Part shown: piece after piece, positions 31,694-32,000 of the stretch | How positions within the stretch are numbered: position 1 is the first letter of the stretch | Layout of the letters: each line of letters opens with the position of its first letter | Source: Nitrosospira multiformis ATCC 25196 | GTDB taxonomy: Bacteria; Pseudomonadota; Gammaproteobacteria; Burkholderiales; Nitrosomonadaceae | Assembly (NCBI RefSeq): GCF_000196355.1 | Contig: NC_007614.1 | Coordinates: 1,020,001-1,052,000 of the forward strand | Direction of reading: 5' to 3' | DNA length: 32,000 bases | Notes under the pieces: generated by a model | Told to the model about the DNA's origin: nothing | The model's database searches: none | What the model saw: the letters and a program-made list of their open reading frames with translations, nothing else | Position numbers and translations under genes: made by a program

Positions 31694-32000
31694 TCACTCT
31701 CCACGTCCCGCAAAAGCCAGCATCTTCGCTAGTCGTTGATCTTCCAGCACAGTCTGGCGACGTATTCTCGAGTAATACCGTTCTGATGATCGTTGTGCCG
31801 ATCCCCGCAGCAGTTTTGCTTTCATGCCGGTTATTACATTACTGAAACTTGAATTGCTCATAACCCTACGAGCCATCTCTCCCGAAAATAGAACAAATAG
31901 CTCGTCTTCCAAGGAGACAATGGATTCGTAACTTCCCTTATCCCCCTGGCGTCCAGCACGTCCATAAAGTTGTCGGTCGATGCGGGGCGATTCGTGGAAC
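31694..32000 (-). CDS. SecA-like DEAD-motor ATPase. Only the C-terminal part is in the window, and the protein ends shortly after NBD2.
   Basis: Own translation upstream of the track ORF gives [47 protein letters not shown]...[23 protein letters not shown]...GRGE*. It aligns by eye with E. coli SecA [37 protein letters not shown]...[21 protein letters not shown]. The stop comes only about 75 aa after motif VI. Confidence 0.75.
   Translation of the reverse strand, partial: FHESPRIDRQLYGRAGRQGDKGSYESIVSLEDELFVLFSGEMARRVMSNSSFSNVITGMKAKLLRGSAQRSSERYYSRIRRQTVLEDQRLAKMLAFAGRGE

Larger units (their letters stand above)
27100..32000. mobile_element. Integrase-marked, AT-richer genomic island that continues past the window end. 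The left border is approximate.
   Basis: Composition visibly shifts relative to the flanking tyrosinase gene; for example, I count 21 G+C in the first 60 nt of the PIN-like gene. The region holds a tyrosine integrase and accessory-type cargo. No flanking tRNA or clean direct repeats were identified. Confidence 0.45.

Noticed and set aside
1-32000. CRISPR arrays, rRNA genes and IS transposases
   Set aside because: No regularly spaced repeat-spacer structure, no rRNA-like conserved stretches and no transposase-like ORFs were seen on either strand.

Overview
32-kb chromosomal segment from a moderately GC-rich, Gram-negative, proteobacterium-like genome (no species claimed). From left to right it holds: (1) a phosphate-selective porin and PstS pair behind Pho boxes. 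(2) An MFS transporter and a decayed DUF2127-like remnant. (3) A stress/repair supercluster, with PRTase-PolX divergent from archease-RtcB-Usp-HPF::CSD-PncA-PncB. (4) A six-gene minus-strand block of enzymes recognisable only to family level: DHH esterase, APH+P-loop kinase, SEC-C/TPR/methyltransferase, then a papain/C39-like peptidase, a GCS2 amidoligase and an FGase amidohydrolase. (5) A dienelactone hydrolase and an ABM monooxygenase with a GlxA/AraC regulator. (6) A ParS(Xre)/RES toxin-antitoxin pair. (7) A Tat-exported tyrosinase with a translationally coupled small secreted protein. (8) From about 27.1 kb, a visibly AT-richer, integrase-marked island. It carries a stand-alone PIN-like (DUF4935-type) protein and, at the window edge, a SecA-like ATPase that stops just after its motor domain, followed by a membrane-fusion protein. 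I found no rRNA, convincing tRNA/tmRNA, CRISPR array or IS transposase. The best candidates for undescribed biology are the peptidase-GCS2-FGase module (and the six-gene block around it), the SecA-like/MFP pair, and the PIN-like island gene. All functional calls come from reading the translated ORFs by eye; no database search was run.
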